Shown here one piece after another: positions 1 through 9,611 of a DNA stretch of 64,000 nt. Position 1 is the stretch's first letter; the number at the start of each line of letters is the position of its first letter. The DNA comes from Alphaproteobacteria bacterium (lineage in GTDB: Bacteria > Pseudomonadota > Alphaproteobacteria > JAAXGF01), in contig CAUVXB020000002.1 of the NCBI GenBank assembly GCA_963555825.3, positions 608,001 to 672,000 of the forward strand, given 5' to 3'. A program made the translations under genes and the position numbers. Below the pieces are notes generated by a model. That model worked only from the letters and a program-made list of their open reading frames with translations, ran no database searches and was not told the DNA's origin.

Positions 1-1725
1 ACCGAGATCAGGGCGTATCTGGCCGAACGCTGGTCGCGCTCGCAGCCGAAGGAGGCGGCGCTCGACTACATGGCCAATGGTATATGGGAGGACCGCCGTG
101 AGAATGTCCGGGAGGACAGAAGCCGATCCTCCGGCGAAACCCAGGGCGGGGCCGGTGATATCCGTGCCGCAGCCAACGACAACGCGCTGGCCCGCATCGC
201 GCGGGATATCCGGCGTACCGCCTTCGGCTGGCGCCATGCCCAGGCGGTCTCCACCTTCGCCGCTGGCCGCGCGGAAATTCTGGCGGCATACGACGATCTG
301 CGCGAGCGCACCCGCACGCAAGGCGATACCGTGGCGCTTGGGCCTGCTTACCAGGAGACGCTAACCCGTCACTCGGCACTGCTTAAACAGGCCGCGGCCT
401 TCCGCGCCCGGCCGGCCGACTTCGCCTCCCTGCTGGCAGAACGCGGCGGTATCGGGCGCAGGGATCTCGACGCCTTCGAGGATCTCCATACACGGGCGCG
501 ACGCCACCGGCGCGCGGCCACGATGCGCTACGTGCATCGGATCAAACGGGAGGCTGAACAAGGGCCGGAACAGCAACCTGGGCCGGAGTTGCGGCAAGGC
601 GAGCTGCCTCTGGAGGACGATCATGCCGCGCTGGACGGGCGTGCCGAAGCGGTGGAGCGGACCGCGACGACAGCGCCATCCCGCAGTCCTGCCGCGACGA
701 CAGCCGATGCGGGGGCGCCCGCAACAGACGCGGAAACCGCAAAGCCGGACTGGGTGGAGCCTTACGAAGCCTTGCGGCGGGATTGGAACAGCCTGATCGA
801 AAGGGTTCAACAAACCGGGGAACCCATATTCTACGCTAAGGGGTATGCGGACATGATGCCGCGCATGCAGGCGCTCGAGGATAACCGGGATATCCCGGCC
901 GAGACACGGGCACCGATGATCCGGGCGCTCGAAAATCACCAACGGGATCTCTCGGCGCGGAAATACGTCGCGGACTATCTTGACGCGGCCGAACGGCACA
1001 TGGGCAATTTCGCCGGCCTTCAAAGCGCGGCGGAGAGCCCCGATATTCCGATCGCCAAGGTACCGGATCATCCGGATTGGAGGCAGGAAGCGGAGCGCCT
1101 GGCGGCGGCGGGTGAGGCCATTCTCTCGGACAAGGAGGCCTACGGTGTGCATCTCGATCACATCCTGATCGGCGATACACGCATCAAATGGGTGCTCTCG
1201 GACCTTCGCGAGGCGATCCGGCGGGACAGCGCCGCCATCCGCGAGAACGCCGTAACAGAAACCCGGGAGCGCCCTTCCCCGGTGCCAACGCCCGAAGAGA
1301 GCGCCCGCGAAGCTCAAAGCAAGGTCCACGAGTTCCGCCGGCTTCAGTCGGCCGCCTACCATGCATCGGGGGACGAGCGCAAAGCGGCGCAGAAGGCGTT
1401 CGACGAATATCGAGCGCGCGAGTCCAAACACTACACCACGTCCGGGGAAGACCGCCGCCACGCCCGCGACATACATGAAGAGACCCGACAACAGCCCTCC
1501 TCGCCGCAAACGGACGAGGAGCGCAGGCGCGAAGCCCAAAGCAAGGCCCACGAGTTCCGCCGGCTTCAATCGGCCGCGTACAACGCAACGGGGGACGAGC
1601 GCATAGCGGCACAGAAGGCGTTCGACGACTATCGCGAGCGCGAGTTCAAAAAGAACGAGAAGCACGAGGAGAAGAAGCGCCAGACCCGCAAGAAGTCCAA
1701 GGGCCTGAGAATGCGCCTGCAGTAA
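1..1725 (+). CDS. traA: C-terminal part of a TraA-like (MobA/MobL-type) conjugative relaxase; 5' end lies outside the window
   Basis: Frame is open from base 1 (TEIRAYLAERWSRSQPKEAALDY), resembling the SR..AKE..LDY motif at the end of the TraA helicase domain. Long helical tail ends in a basic RQTRKKSKGLRMRLQ. Conjugation genes lie nearby. Confidence 0.55.
   Translation, partial: TEIRAYLAERWSRSQPKEAALDYMANGIWEDRRENVREDRSRSSGETQGGAGDIRAAANDNALARIARDIRRTAFGWRHAQAVSTFAAGRAEILAAYDDLRERTRTQGDTVALGPAYQETLTRHSALLKQAAAFRARPADFASLLAERGGIGRRDLDAFEDLHTRARRHRRAATMRYVHRIKREAEQGPEQQPGPELRQGELPLEDDHAALDGRAEAVERTATTAPSRSPAATTADAGAPATDAETAKPDWVEPYEALRRDWNSLIERVQQTGEPIFYAKGYADMMPRMQALEDNRDIPAETRAPMIRALENHQRDLSARKYVADYLDAAERHMGNFAGLQSAAESPDIPIAKVPDHPDWRQEAERLAAAGEAILSDKEAYGVHLDHILIGDTRIKWVLSDLREAIRRDSAAIRENAVTETRERPSPVPTPEESAREAQSKVHEFRRLQSAAYHASGDERKAAQKAFDEYRARESKHYTTSGEDRRHARDIHEETRQQPSSPQTDEERRREAQSKAHEFRRLQSAAYNATGDERIAAQKAFDDYREREFKKNEKHEEKKRQTRKKSKGLRMRLQ
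1288..1650 (+). repeat. Intragenic duplication of about 47 codons (1288-1428 and 1510-1650)
   Basis: TPEESAREAQSKVHEFRRLQSAAYHASGDERKAAQKAFDEYRARESK versus TDEERRREAQSKAHEFRRLQSAAYNATGDERIAAQKAFDDYREREFK. Confidence 0.9.
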
Positions 1726-1929
1726 GCCGCGCGGTTGGCTGGACCGGCGCCCTCTCTCCTCGACCTCATGGGCAATGGCGCGTCCTCACGGCATCGAACG
1801 CGGTGAGAGGTGCCATTTTGAGTGCCGGGTTCTAATCTGGAGGCACTCAACCGAACCGCAAACGGGCCGATGCGGTCCCTGGCGGAAGGAACGTTCGGAT
1901 CGGGACAGCCCTCAACACGCCGCACAATC

Positions 1930-1957
1930 TTGACAACCAGTGTTGTTTGTTTATGTT
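1930..1957 (+). promoter_or_regulatory. Putative sigma70 promoter of umuDC
   Basis: TTGACA (1930-1935), 16 nt spacer, TATGTT (1952-1957), immediately before the umuD start. Confidence 0.45.
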
Positions 1958-2407
1958 ATGTCCGTGTCAACACCGAGGGCCGCCTCCTTGCAGCGTTTCA
2001 CCGATCAGCCCTCCGACCTCGCCCTGCCGCTCTACGGCTCCAGGGTACCCGCCGGATTTCCAAGCCCCGCCGACGACCATATCGAGGGCAAGCTTGATCT
2101 CAATCTGCATCTGATCCGCCGCCCGGCGGCGACCTTTTTCATCCGCGCGCAGGGCGAATCCATGCGCGATGCCGGAATATTCGACGGCGACCTTCTCGTT
2201 GTCGACCGCGCCATCGCGCCCCAGGCCGGCGATATCGTCATCGCCGTCCTGCATGGCGATCTGACGGTCAAACGCCTGAGAAAGAGCAATGGCGCCCTGA
2301 TCCTCTACGCCGAGAATCCGGATTTTCCCGATATCGCCCTCGACGATGCCGGTTGCGAGGCCTGGGGCGTCGTTACCCACAGCATCCGCCGGCACTGCGC
2401 GCGTTAG
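1958..2407 (+). CDS. umuD: Translesion polymerase V subunit UmuD (S24 peptidase)
   Basis: [11 protein letters not shown] autocleavage motif, GESM catalytic Ser, TVKRL catalytic Lys; precedes umuC. Confidence 0.93.
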   Translation: MSVSTPRAASLQRFTDQPSDLALPLYGSRVPAGFPSPADDHIEGKLDLNLHLIRRPAATFFIRAQGESMRDAGIFDGDLLVVDRAIAPQAGDIVIAVLHGDLTVKRLRKSNGALILYAENPDFPDIALDDAGCEAWGVVTHSIRRHCAR

Positions 2408-2411
2408 GTCC

Positions 2412-3731
2412 ATGGCCACGATCGGCCTGGTCGATTGCAACAACTTCTATGCCTCGTGCGAGCGGGTGTTCCAACCTTCGCTCGCCGGCCGCCCCATCGT
2501 CGTGCTGTCCAACAACGATGGCTGCATCGTCGCCCGCTCCCAGGAGGCCAAGGCGCTCGGCATCGCCATGGGCGTCCCGCTGTTCCAGGCGAAGCGCCTC
2601 GTCGAACGCCACGATGTCACGGTGCTGTCCTCGAACTACGCGCTCTATGGCGACCTGTCGGAACGGGTGATGAGCATTCTGGCCGCCGAGGCGCCGCGCA
2701 TCGAGGTCTACAGTATCGACGAGAGTTTCCTCGATCTCGACCGCCTTGCGGTTCCCGACCCGGCCCGGTGGTGCCACGATCTTCGCACCCGGATCCGCCG
2801 CTGGACCGGCATCCCGGTATCGATAGGGATCGGTCCGACCAAGACCCTGGCCAAGATCGCCAACAGGATCGCGAAAAGCGCGCCACGGACGGGAGGGGTT
2901 CTTGACCTGTCGGGCAACCCCGCCTGGATCGGCCCGGCACTCGCCAGAACCGCCGCGGGCGATGTCTGGGGCATAGGCAGCCGCTGGTCGAGGATGCTGG
3001 CCGGGCGCGGGATCGGGACCGCGCTGGACCTGCGCGATGCGCCCGATGGCTGGGTGCGCCAGCGCATGGGCGTGACCGGGCTCAGAACGGTGCACGAGCT
3101 GCGCGGCATCGCCTGTCATGAACTGGAGACACAGCCCGCCGCGAAACAGACCACCTGCTGTTCGCGAAGCTTCAGCCGGGCCATTAGCGATAGGGAGCAG
3201 GTTCGCGATGCCATCGTATCCTTCGCGGAAAGGACGGCGGAGAAAATCCGCCGGGCCGATCAGGTCTGCGGCAATCTTCAGGTATCCATCGCGACCGACA
3301 GTTTCGATACCGCCGCCCCGCAATATACGACCGCCGCATCGGCAGCGTTCCCGGCGCCAACCGCCGACAGCCGCGTTATCGTCGCGGCGGCGTTGCGAAT
3401 ATTCGAGCACCTCTGGCGCGAGGGCTTTGCCTACCGCAAGGCCGGCGTGATGCTCCTTGACCTGTCGCCGGCCGGCGATGCGGTTGGATCGCTGTTTGAG
3501 GACGGGCCGTCGGAGAACGGCCGCTTGATGCAGGCGGTGGATCGGATCAACGGGCGGTTCGGGCGGGGCTCGATCGGCCTCGGTCTCGCGGCCAGAACTG
3601 CGGAGTGGCGGATGCGCCAGGAACGCCTTTCCCCGCGCTACACCACCCGATGGCGGGAGCTGGCGGCGGCGAACACTGGACCGGTCACGCCGCACGCCGA
3701 AGCCGTTAAATCCGGCATTCCGCCACTATGA
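2412..3731 (+). CDS. umuC: Y-family DNA polymerase V subunit UmuC
   Basis: [39 protein letters not shown] and C-terminal [13 protein letters not shown] motifs; ATG at 2412. Confidence 0.95.
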   Translation: MATIGLVDCNNFYASCERVFQPSLAGRPIVVLSNNDGCIVARSQEAKALGIAMGVPLFQAKRLVERHDVTVLSSNYALYGDLSERVMSILAAEAPRIEVYSIDESFLDLDRLAVPDPARWCHDLRTRIRRWTGIPVSIGIGPTKTLAKIANRIAKSAPRTGGVLDLSGNPAWIGPALARTAAGDVWGIGSRWSRMLAGRGIGTALDLRDAPDGWVRQRMGVTGLRTVHELRGIACHELETQPAAKQTTCCSRSFSRAISDREQVRDAIVSFAERTAEKIRRADQVCGNLQVSIATDSFDTAAPQYTTAASAAFPAPTADSRVIVAAALRIFEHLWREGFAYRKAGVMLLDLSPAGDAVGSLFEDGPSENGRLMQAVDRINGRFGRGSIGLGLAARTAEWRMRQERLSPRYTTRWRELAAANTGPVTPHAEAVKSGIPPL

Positions 3732-3904
3732 GGAAAACCGTTCCAGGATTGAAACTGCGGCGGGAAGAAGTTCATCGTTGCGCTGCATCTATCCGCCGCG
3801 CGAACGCGCTGCCGCCGCCCATGGTGACACGCAGCCCGTCATGATTCTTCAGGTAGCGCGCCAAGGGCTCGCGGATATCCCGGTGATCATCGGCCACGGG
3901 AACG

Positions 3905-5342
3905 GGGGATGTCCCGGTATTTGTTGAAACTTTGAATTAGGGTGGCGTTGCTTCCCCTGAGCCGTAGGCTCGGGGTGCTTAAACCAAGAAAGGAAGCAAC
4001 ACCATGAAGACGACTACCACATCCGCGACCGCGCTGGCCAGTGCGGCGAATGTTCACGCCCTTGTTAAAGAGGCCTTTGACGCGGTCGGGGCGAGCTTTG
4101 AGCGGTTCTGCCTGATGGCTGGCATTGAAAGCCTGACACAGATGCTGGGAGAAGACGTGGACACGCTTGCGGGTGGGCGATATGAGCACCGTCCAGACAA
4201 GCCTGGCTACCGATGGGGTCAGGCCAAGGCGCAGGTTGGGTTCCATGGGGGCAAGATCGAAGTTGATCGCCCGCGTGTCCGCAACAAGGCGACGGGTAAA
4301 GAGATGACGCTGCCGAGTTGGGAAGAGATTGCCGCTGGCGGCTTTCTCGATCAGTGGGCCGTGAACCTGATGGTGATGAACGTCGCGACCCGACAATTTG
4401 GCCGGGCGGTGCGCCTGCCGGAAGCCCGGGTTCCGGCACAAGTTGGCAGCGGGCTTTCAAAGTCTGCGGTCTCACGTCGCTTCAAGGCCCTGACGCAGGC
4501 GCATTTCAATGATTGGATGGGGTCCGATCTGTCCGAGCACGACATCATTGCGATCCAGATCGACGGACTGCATCTGGACGATCGCCTATTGATGATCGGA
4601 GCCGTCGGCATTGACGTTTTGGGGGAAAAGCACCCTCTGGGCGTCATTGAGGGGGCCACAGAGAACACCGCTACCGTGCAGGCCCTGCTCGATAACCTGA
4701 TTGAGCGCGGCCTTGATCCGGAGGGCTGTTACCTCTTCATCGTGGACGGTGCCAAAGCGCTCACCAAGGCCATCCGGCGTACCTTCGGCGCAGACATCCC
4801 CATTCAGCGTTGCCAGATCCACAAGGCTCGCAACATTACCGACAGGCTCGACCCGAAGCATCACGCAGCTGTGCGACGTGCTCTGAAGCAGGCATGGGAA
4901 CTGGATGACGCCGACAAGGCTGAGCGCTTGATGCGCAATCTGGCGCGGAGGCTGGAGATGGAAGCGCCGGATGTGTCGAAATCGATCCTCGAAGGCATCG
5001 ATGAAATCCTGACTGTCGTCAGACTTGGCCTTCCGTTGGAATTGCGGCGCTCACTGGCCAGTACCAACATCATTGAATCCATGAACAGCGTTATCCGCCG
5101 CGTCTGCCGAAATGTGAAGCGCTGGCGGGATGCAAAAATGGCCTTGCGCTGGACTTCCGCCGGGATGTTCGAAGCGCAGAAAGGCTTTCGCCGCATCAAA
5201 GCATACAAGCAACTGCCCATTCTCAAGCAAGCTCTCATCGATCACCGCGAAAAAGCCAAACTTGACCAGTTGAAGGACGCAGCATAACCTCCCATCAAGC
5301 AGCGCCGCTCAGGCGAGTTTCAACACAGACTGGGACATTCCC
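3905..5342 (+). mobile_element. IS256-family element, copy 1 (intact)
   Basis: IRs GGGGATGTCCCGGTATTTGTTGAAAC / GGGAATGTCCCAGTCTGTGTTGAAAC; 8-bp target duplication CGGGAACG (3897-3904, 5343-5350). Confidence 0.93.
4004..5287 (+). CDS. IS256-family DDE transposase
   Basis: IQIDG, FIVDGAKAL, QRCQIHKARN and STNIIES motifs. Confidence 0.93.
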   Translation: MKTTTTSATALASAANVHALVKEAFDAVGASFERFCLMAGIESLTQMLGEDVDTLAGGRYEHRPDKPGYRWGQAKAQVGFHGGKIEVDRPRVRNKATGKEMTLPSWEEIAAGGFLDQWAVNLMVMNVATRQFGRAVRLPEARVPAQVGSGLSKSAVSRRFKALTQAHFNDWMGSDLSEHDIIAIQIDGLHLDDRLLMIGAVGIDVLGEKHPLGVIEGATENTATVQALLDNLIERGLDPEGCYLFIVDGAKALTKAIRRTFGADIPIQRCQIHKARNITDRLDPKHHAAVRRALKQAWELDDADKAERLMRNLARRLEMEAPDVSKSILEGIDEILTVVRLGLPLELRRSLASTNIIESMNSVIRRVCRNVKRWRDAKMALRWTSAGMFEAQKGFRRIKAYKQLPILKQALIDHREKAKLDQLKDAA

Positions 5343-5535
5343 CGGGAACGACGGTGACGCTTCAATAGCCAACGGCTAACGAGAGCCTCGCCCAAACGCA
5401 GGCAAAGAGCGTAACAAAGTTTGCCGGTTCCCCGATTGTCCAACTCGCGCAACACAAAGTGCGCGGATGCACATAGTTTTTGCGGCAAACGCTACCTATA
5501 TTTGGGTCATAGACATTCGACGCAGGAGCATATCC

Positions 5536-6020
5536 ATGAGAACGAGAACGAAGGGCTGATCGGAATAGGCATCGCCGCGGCTATCGGCGGCATCGCACTC
5601 GCGGGCGCGAGCTACGCGGAACGCGGTCATGGCGGCATGGGTTTTTTCGCCAAAGGACAGTTCGCACTCATGGCGATGGAAATAATCGATTCCATCGACA
5701 CCGACGGTGACGGCAAGCTCAGCCAGGCGGAGATCGACAAGGTGCGCGATGACCGTCATGCGGCCCACGATGGCGACAGCGACGGCAACCTCAGCCTCGA
5801 TGAATTCGCCGGCGTCTGGCATGAAACCACGCGCCCGCTCACCGTGCGCGCCTTCCAGATGCTGGATACGGACGGCAACGCTGTCATCTCGCGCGCGGAG
5901 TACGACAGGCCGTTGGCCAACATCGTCGAGCGGCTGGACCGCAACGACGACGGCAGGCTGTCGATGAGTGACCGGTGGCGCCACCGCCGGGGGCCGCAAA
6001 AGCGTAACAACGCCAATTAG
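5536..6020 (+). pseudogene. Secreted EF-hand calcium-binding protein with a frameshift near its 5' end
   Basis: Four EF-hand-like loops (DTDGDGKLSQAE, DGDSDGNLSLDE, DTDGNAVISRAE, DRNDDGRLSMSD). RBS AGGAG plus ATG at 5536 reads MRTRTKG-stop, one base out of frame with the signal-peptide h-region LIGIGIAAAIGGIALAGASYA. Confidence 0.75.
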
Positions 6021-6199
6021 GCGGCATGCGCCGGCCCTCCAGGTGCGGGCTATTGCCTCCCGTAGCCCACACCGCCAGCCATCGGCTCTTGCACCGAACG
6101 CAACATCAATACGATTTCGGACAATCGATTGCGGCCGATTGCGGCCGATTGCGGATACTTCCGGCCTGACCGGCAACGCCAATAACCCTGGAGGTTCAA

Positions 6200-6649
6200 A
6201 TGTTCGGCAATCCCTCGTTGAACACCCGCATCGCCGTCGGCAAAACGCTCGGCGCCCTGTTCGGCCTTGCGGGATTTATCTACCTCACTGTCTATCCGGT
6301 CGGCGATGACAGCCTGCTGCGCTGGGGAATATTGCTCTGGTACACAACGCTGGGCGCGATCATCGGCGTGTTCGGCGTCTACACGCGGCACCCCATCTTG
6401 AGAGTGCCGATGCCGTGGTGGTTTCTTGCGCCTCTTTTGGGGGCGTGGATGAACTTCGTGCTGACGTTCTTTGCCTACGACACGCTGGCCGCCGCCATGG
6501 CGTCCGTGTTCGGTCCGGAGGGCATCTTGTCTTCCCCGTTCTGGTTTGTCGCCGAGGGCGCCATCGCCGGGCTCGTCATCGGCTTCGCCGCCACACGGTT
6601 CGGTGGCGAGGGACCCGAGACCGTTGCCCAAACCGCGGCCGTCCGGTAA
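6200..6649 (+). CDS. Hypothetical integral membrane protein (about 4 TM helices)
   Basis: RBS GGAGG before ATG; four hydrophobic segments. Confidence 0.75.
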   Translation: MFGNPSLNTRIAVGKTLGALFGLAGFIYLTVYPVGDDSLLRWGILLWYTTLGAIIGVFGVYTRHPILRVPMPWWFLAPLLGAWMNFVLTFFAYDTLAAAMASVFGPEGILSSPFWFVAEGAIAGLVIGFAATRFGGEGPETVAQTAAVR

Positions 6650-6731
6650 ATCGGCGACCACTCGCGCCGCTCTGCCAGGGCAACGCGTTTGTAACGTGAA
6701 CGAGGAAAACGCGGCCGGTTTTGCCGGGCCG

Positions 6732-7514
6732 TCAAGGCGCGCGAACGGGAAACCTGCACTCGATCGCCTTGTTCTTCCGTCTCGCATCCTCCGCGCAATC
6801 GACGATCGTGCGGCCGTAGTTCTGCCAGATGTGGGCGCTCCAGCCGCTGGTCGGATCGTGGAGCGGCACGATCTGGAATTGTTGCTCAAGCAGCACACCG
6901 AGCATAAAGAAGGCGGGTACGGCGACGGCCAGCGCGAGCGCCGACAATCGAAAGCGATACCGGCGCTGCGTGTCTGCCCAGCGGTGGAAGTCGGCCGTGA
7001 CTTTCCGATTATTGTCCTCGACACATTTCGCGGTTTCGCCTGTTGCGGCTTCCCGCGCAGCCAGCACCTTATCGAGCGCGGCTCCGGTTTTCTCCGCCCC
7101 GGACGCGAACTTCTCCATGGCAAGGGTAAGCTCGTCGACTTTCCCACTTAGCTCGACCAAATTAACGCCCGGTTCCTTGCCGAGGCGCGCGCAAATGCGG
7201 CGCGTCAGATCAAGGACGTTTGCAAGTGTTGCGATTTCATCGGCCGGGACGCGTTCCGGATCGGGGTCGCCCCCAGTACCGCCGCCCGGCAGATCCTTCG
7301 CGCCATCACTTCCGGCTGGCTGAGATGGATCGCCCGTGTTCGCCACGAGGCTCTCCGATGCTGTCTCCCCGCGATCCTCACCCGGGACTTCCCCGGCGGG
7401 CGCCGCGCTTCTCGGAGCGCCAATTGCCGAAGCGCGTGTCCATCCGGCGGGCCTTAATGCTTCATTGGCCCCAGGATCGCGATTGCCTGCCAATTGTTCA
7501 AGTTTCTCCGTCAT
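6732..7514 (-). CDS. Hypothetical DUF6118-like protein downstream of the coupling protein
   Basis: ATG at 7514 overlaps the virD4 stop. Coiled coil, one TM segment, then C-terminal C..A.R....EC.F.V, similar to proteins that follow virD4 on alphaproteobacterial plasmids. Confidence 0.55.
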   Translation of the reverse strand: MTEKLEQLAGNRDPGANEALRPAGWTRASAIGAPRSAAPAGEVPGEDRGETASESLVANTGDPSQPAGSDGAKDLPGGGTGGDPDPERVPADEIATLANVLDLTRRICARLGKEPGVNLVELSGKVDELTLAMEKFASGAEKTGAALDKVLAAREAATGETAKCVEDNNRKVTADFHRWADTQRRYRFRLSALALAVAVPAFFMLGVLLEQQFQIVPLHDPTSGWSAHIWQNYGRTIVDCAEDARRKNKAIECRFPVRAP

Positions 7515-9493
7515 AACGCTTTTCCTCCAAAGGGCAGTTTGAATTGCGGCCACAATCTCTTTTCGTAGCCTTCCGCGGCGCGTTGCTTGCGGATGACGAA
7601 CGGATTGGGATCTGCAAGGTTGCGGGAATCCCAGCGGTGCCAGTAGCGCGCGTGGTGGAGATGGAGTGCATCGCGCGGCATGTCCTTGGGCGAGGCGATG
7701 ACGTATTGGTGGTCGGGGCCAAGCGTCATGAGTTCGTCGGGGGTGATCAGGCGCTCGCGCACCAGGGCGCGGGAATCGCCGGCCTGCCATTGCGTGTTGG
7801 CGGTGACGATTCGGTTCTCGGCGATGGTGCCGGAACGGTTCTCGGTCCGGGCCTCGTAGGTGGCGGTGCCGATGGCCTTGGAGAGTTCCTCCGCGCCCTC
7901 GGCGTCGGTGCGCGGAAAGCCCAGGATCTGGACCAGTTCGGCGAGATGCAGGAGGGTCTTGCGGGGCTCCTTGCCCCAGCTCGAATCGAGCGCCGAGATG
8001 GACTGGGCGAAGCACCAGAAGTGAACGCCCTTGCCGGCGGCCATGGTGTAGCCGTCCATGACCGGCTTGAGGTAGCCGAGCCGCGGCATCTCGTCGATGA
8101 CGATCAGCAGGTCGCGCTCAAGCGGCTTTATACCTGCGACGGCGTTGGGGATGGCGACCCACAGGCGCAGCCAGCCCTTGACGTGCTCGATGGTCTCTTC
8201 CGGCGCAACGACGAACAAGTCGGTATTGCCCTCCGCCAGATCCAAGGGATCGAAGCTGGAGGTTTGCGTATGGGCGAGCAATTCAGGGTAGTTCAGGAAG
8301 GCGAGCTGGTTGGCGATGGTCATGAAATTGCTGCCGCCTTCCTCATCGCCGACCTGGGCCTGGCGCTCAACCGCGATATGGGTGAGCCCGCCGGCAAAGC
8401 GGTCCATTGAGGCCACCCCCTCGGCAAAATCATCCCGTTCCTTCGGTGGCATCGAGAGCATCTCGTAAAGGGTGGACAGGTTTTGCCTCTCGGCCGGTTC
8501 CTGGAAACGGACCCATGCCATGTAACCCGCGACGATAGCGCGCGCGGACTCATAGAAATGCTTGCCGGCGTTATGAGCATCAGGACGCGGCGGCGTGAGC
8601 AGAGCGTCCAGGAGGACATAGATGTCGCGCACGGCGAGGCTTTCATCGTCTCGAATGAAGTCGAGCGGGTTGTAGAGCACGCTTTCGACATCCGGCAGAT
8701 GGGTTTCGTTGAACTTCTTGTGCTTGGCCACCACCCCGAAGGGATCGATCAGCAGAGCCCGGCGGCCCAACTCGCGCCTGCGCCGCGCGGCGATGCACCA
8801 GAGCTCGCCGCGCGGGTCTATGGTGACCGTCGATCCCTGGAACCCCCGGTCGCCGGGCGACAGCAGGTTAAGGGCGATGAGAGCGCCCTTGCCGACGCGG
8901 GGCGGCGCCACGGTGATGGCGGAGCCTTCCAGGGACCAGCCGATCAGCTTGGCGTTGCGGCCCGCGCCCCACTGGCCGAGCAGGATGCCCCGGCGTTTGG
9001 CCAGGCGGCGCAGAAACCTTCGGCCGAGCAGCTTCGACTTGCCATAAAGATCGGACTCGGCCCGCTGCCGCCGCTTGCCGCTCTCCAGGTATTTGAAGCT
9101 GTCGATCAGGACCTCGAACCACAGCATGAAAGAAATCGCGAAGCCCGGTGGCGGCACGGCGATCAAGGCCAGTTCATAGCCGCTCAGACGCGTGAGCCGG
9201 TCGACGAAGCCCGGGAAGGATGAGGCCTCGAGCACGGGACGGACGATCTCCATCCAGACCGACGCGGCGCAGATCATCATTGCGGCCCCGTAGAGCCCGA
9301 AACGGACCCAGGCGCCCTTCTCCTGGCGGCCGGTGGCAAAGTAGGCCAGCAGTACCAGGGTAAGAACGGCGCCGAGAATGGCGAGGCTGATATGGGAGGA
9401 GCGGAGACGCTCCAGCAGGTAGGCTGAACAGCCGGCGCCCGCGGCAAGCAGCAGGACAGAGATGCAGATCGGCAGGAAACGCACAGGTTTCAA
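7511..9493 (-). CDS. virD4: Type IV coupling protein, VirD4/TraG family
   Basis: N-terminal TM helices; Walker A APPRVGKG; TIDPRGE; YNPLDF; Walker B LIVIDEMPRLG; RLITPDEL. Confidence 0.9.
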   Translation of the reverse strand: MKPVRFLPICISVLLLAAGAGCSAYLLERLRSSHISLAILGAVLTLVLLAYFATGRQEKGAWVRFGLYGAAMMICAASVWMEIVRPVLEASSFPGFVDRLTRLSGYELALIAVPPPGFAISFMLWFEVLIDSFKYLESGKRRQRAESDLYGKSKLLGRRFLRRLAKRRGILLGQWGAGRNAKLIGWSLEGSAITVAPPRVGKGALIALNLLSPGDRGFQGSTVTIDPRGELWCIAARRRRELGRRALLIDPFGVVAKHKKFNETHLPDVESVLYNPLDFIRDDESLAVRDIYVLLDALLTPPRPDAHNAGKHFYESARAIVAGYMAWVRFQEPAERQNLSTLYEMLSMPPKERDDFAEGVASMDRFAGGLTHIAVERQAQVGDEEGGSNFMTIANQLAFLNYPELLAHTQTSSFDPLDLAEGNTDLFVVAPEETIEHVKGWLRLWVAIPNAVAGIKPLERDLLIVIDEMPRLGYLKPVMDGYTMAAGKGVHFWCFAQSISALDSSWGKEPRKTLLHLAELVQILGFPRTDAEGAEELSKAIGTATYEARTENRSGTIAENRIVTANTQWQAGDSRALVRERLITPDELMTLGPDHQYVIASPKDMPRDALHLHHARYWHRWDSRNLADPNPFVIRKQRAAEGYEKRLWPQFKLPFGGKAL

Positions 9494-9611
9494 ACTCCTT
9501 CATTGGTTGCAGGCGTAATTCCAGACCGATCCGGAGGGCGTTCGTCGACGCCTCCGATCCGGCATCGCCCGCCGTGTGTTGCGGTATGGATATTTCGATC
9601 TGTGTGAATCA

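Noticed and set aside
1941-1960. LexA box at the umuD promoter
   Set aside because: The GTT-rich tract does not fit GTTC-N7-GTTC (best match is GTTT-N6-GTTA); at most degenerate.
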